From an uncultured Acidobacteriota bacterium (GTDB lineage: Bacteria; Acidobacteriota; Vicinamibacteria; Fen-336), in the NCBI GenBank assembly GCA_963742595.1, contig CAVUMT010000001.1, positions 3,854,314 through 3,918,313 of the forward strand: a stretch of DNA of 64,000 nucleotides, written 5' to 3'. Shown here piece by piece: positions 63,881-64,000 of this stretch (the stretch's first letter is position 1; the number at the start of each line of letters is the position of its first letter). The position numbers and the translations under genes were made by a program. The notes under the pieces were generated by a model that was not told the DNA's origin, did no database searches, and was given only the letters and a program-made list of their open reading frames with translations.

Positions 63881-64000
63881 AGTAGATCCCCTGGAAGCAG
63901 GCGGTGTACAGCCCGCTCTTGTAGGCCCAGAGGAGGTACTGGTTGTCCGGGTGATTCGCGCAGTTGATCAACCCGTCGCAGAAAGCGCCGTCGCGTTTCC
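63881..64000 (-). CDS. Cys-rich lipoprotein, paralog 3 (C-terminal fragment; gene runs off window)
   Basis: ...CANHPDNQYLLWAYKSGLYTACFQGIYCGEVVVER*. Confidence 0.45.

Overview
This is a high-G+C (about 70% by eye) bacterial chromosomal segment. Gene content (DUF2911, CarbopepD-type outer-membrane receptor, Myxococcus-type Cys-rich repeat, Reg_prop/Y_Y_Y GGDEF sensor) suggests a Myxococcota-, Acidobacteriota- or Gemmatimonadota-like organism. The first ~44 kb is core chromosome: glgC, eno, gatB, ltaE, nadK, cysK, mtgA, mtnP, a methylmalonyl/acyl-CoA cluster (acyl-CoA dehydrogenase, meaB, epimerase, mutase N-domain), two GGDEF sensors, a PP2C phosphatase and several secreted hydrolases. The standout feature lies at about 44.0-58.5 kb. 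It is a chromosomal integron: a tyrosine-recombinase gene with the IntI-specific insertion (intI, minus strand, 57325-58390, two frameshifts), a candidate attI, and at least 16 attC-type imperfect hairpin repeats of 70-115 bp. Each attC-like site sits at the 3' end of a short minus-strand cassette ORF (membrane or secreted unknowns, a methyltransferase, two toxin-antitoxin pairs). The attC-like sites show compensatory stem substitutions and strand-specific bulged bases. Cassettes and intI are co-oriented, i.e. the uncommon 'inverted integrase' layout. The array looks lower in G+C by eye and carries two IS3-family copies; one IS copy contains a permuted duplicate of a cassette. Other notable points: an HNH/DUF222 gene bracketed by 29-bp direct repeats, with a third inverted copy 10 kb away; a 42-bp near-perfect palindrome in the divergent promoter region of an S9-peptidase/TPR-like fusion gene; a vapBC module wedged into the methylmalonyl cluster with TGA/GTG overlaps; a collagen-like/DNRLRE/dockerin secreted protein; and three tandem Cys-rich lipoprotein paralogs at the 3' edge. 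Many long genes carry internal frameshifts in a patchy, block-wise pattern, while neighbouring blocks are intact. This may reflect sequencing or assembly error or gene decay, so coordinates of frameshifted genes are approximate. No rRNA, tRNA or CRISPR was recognised.
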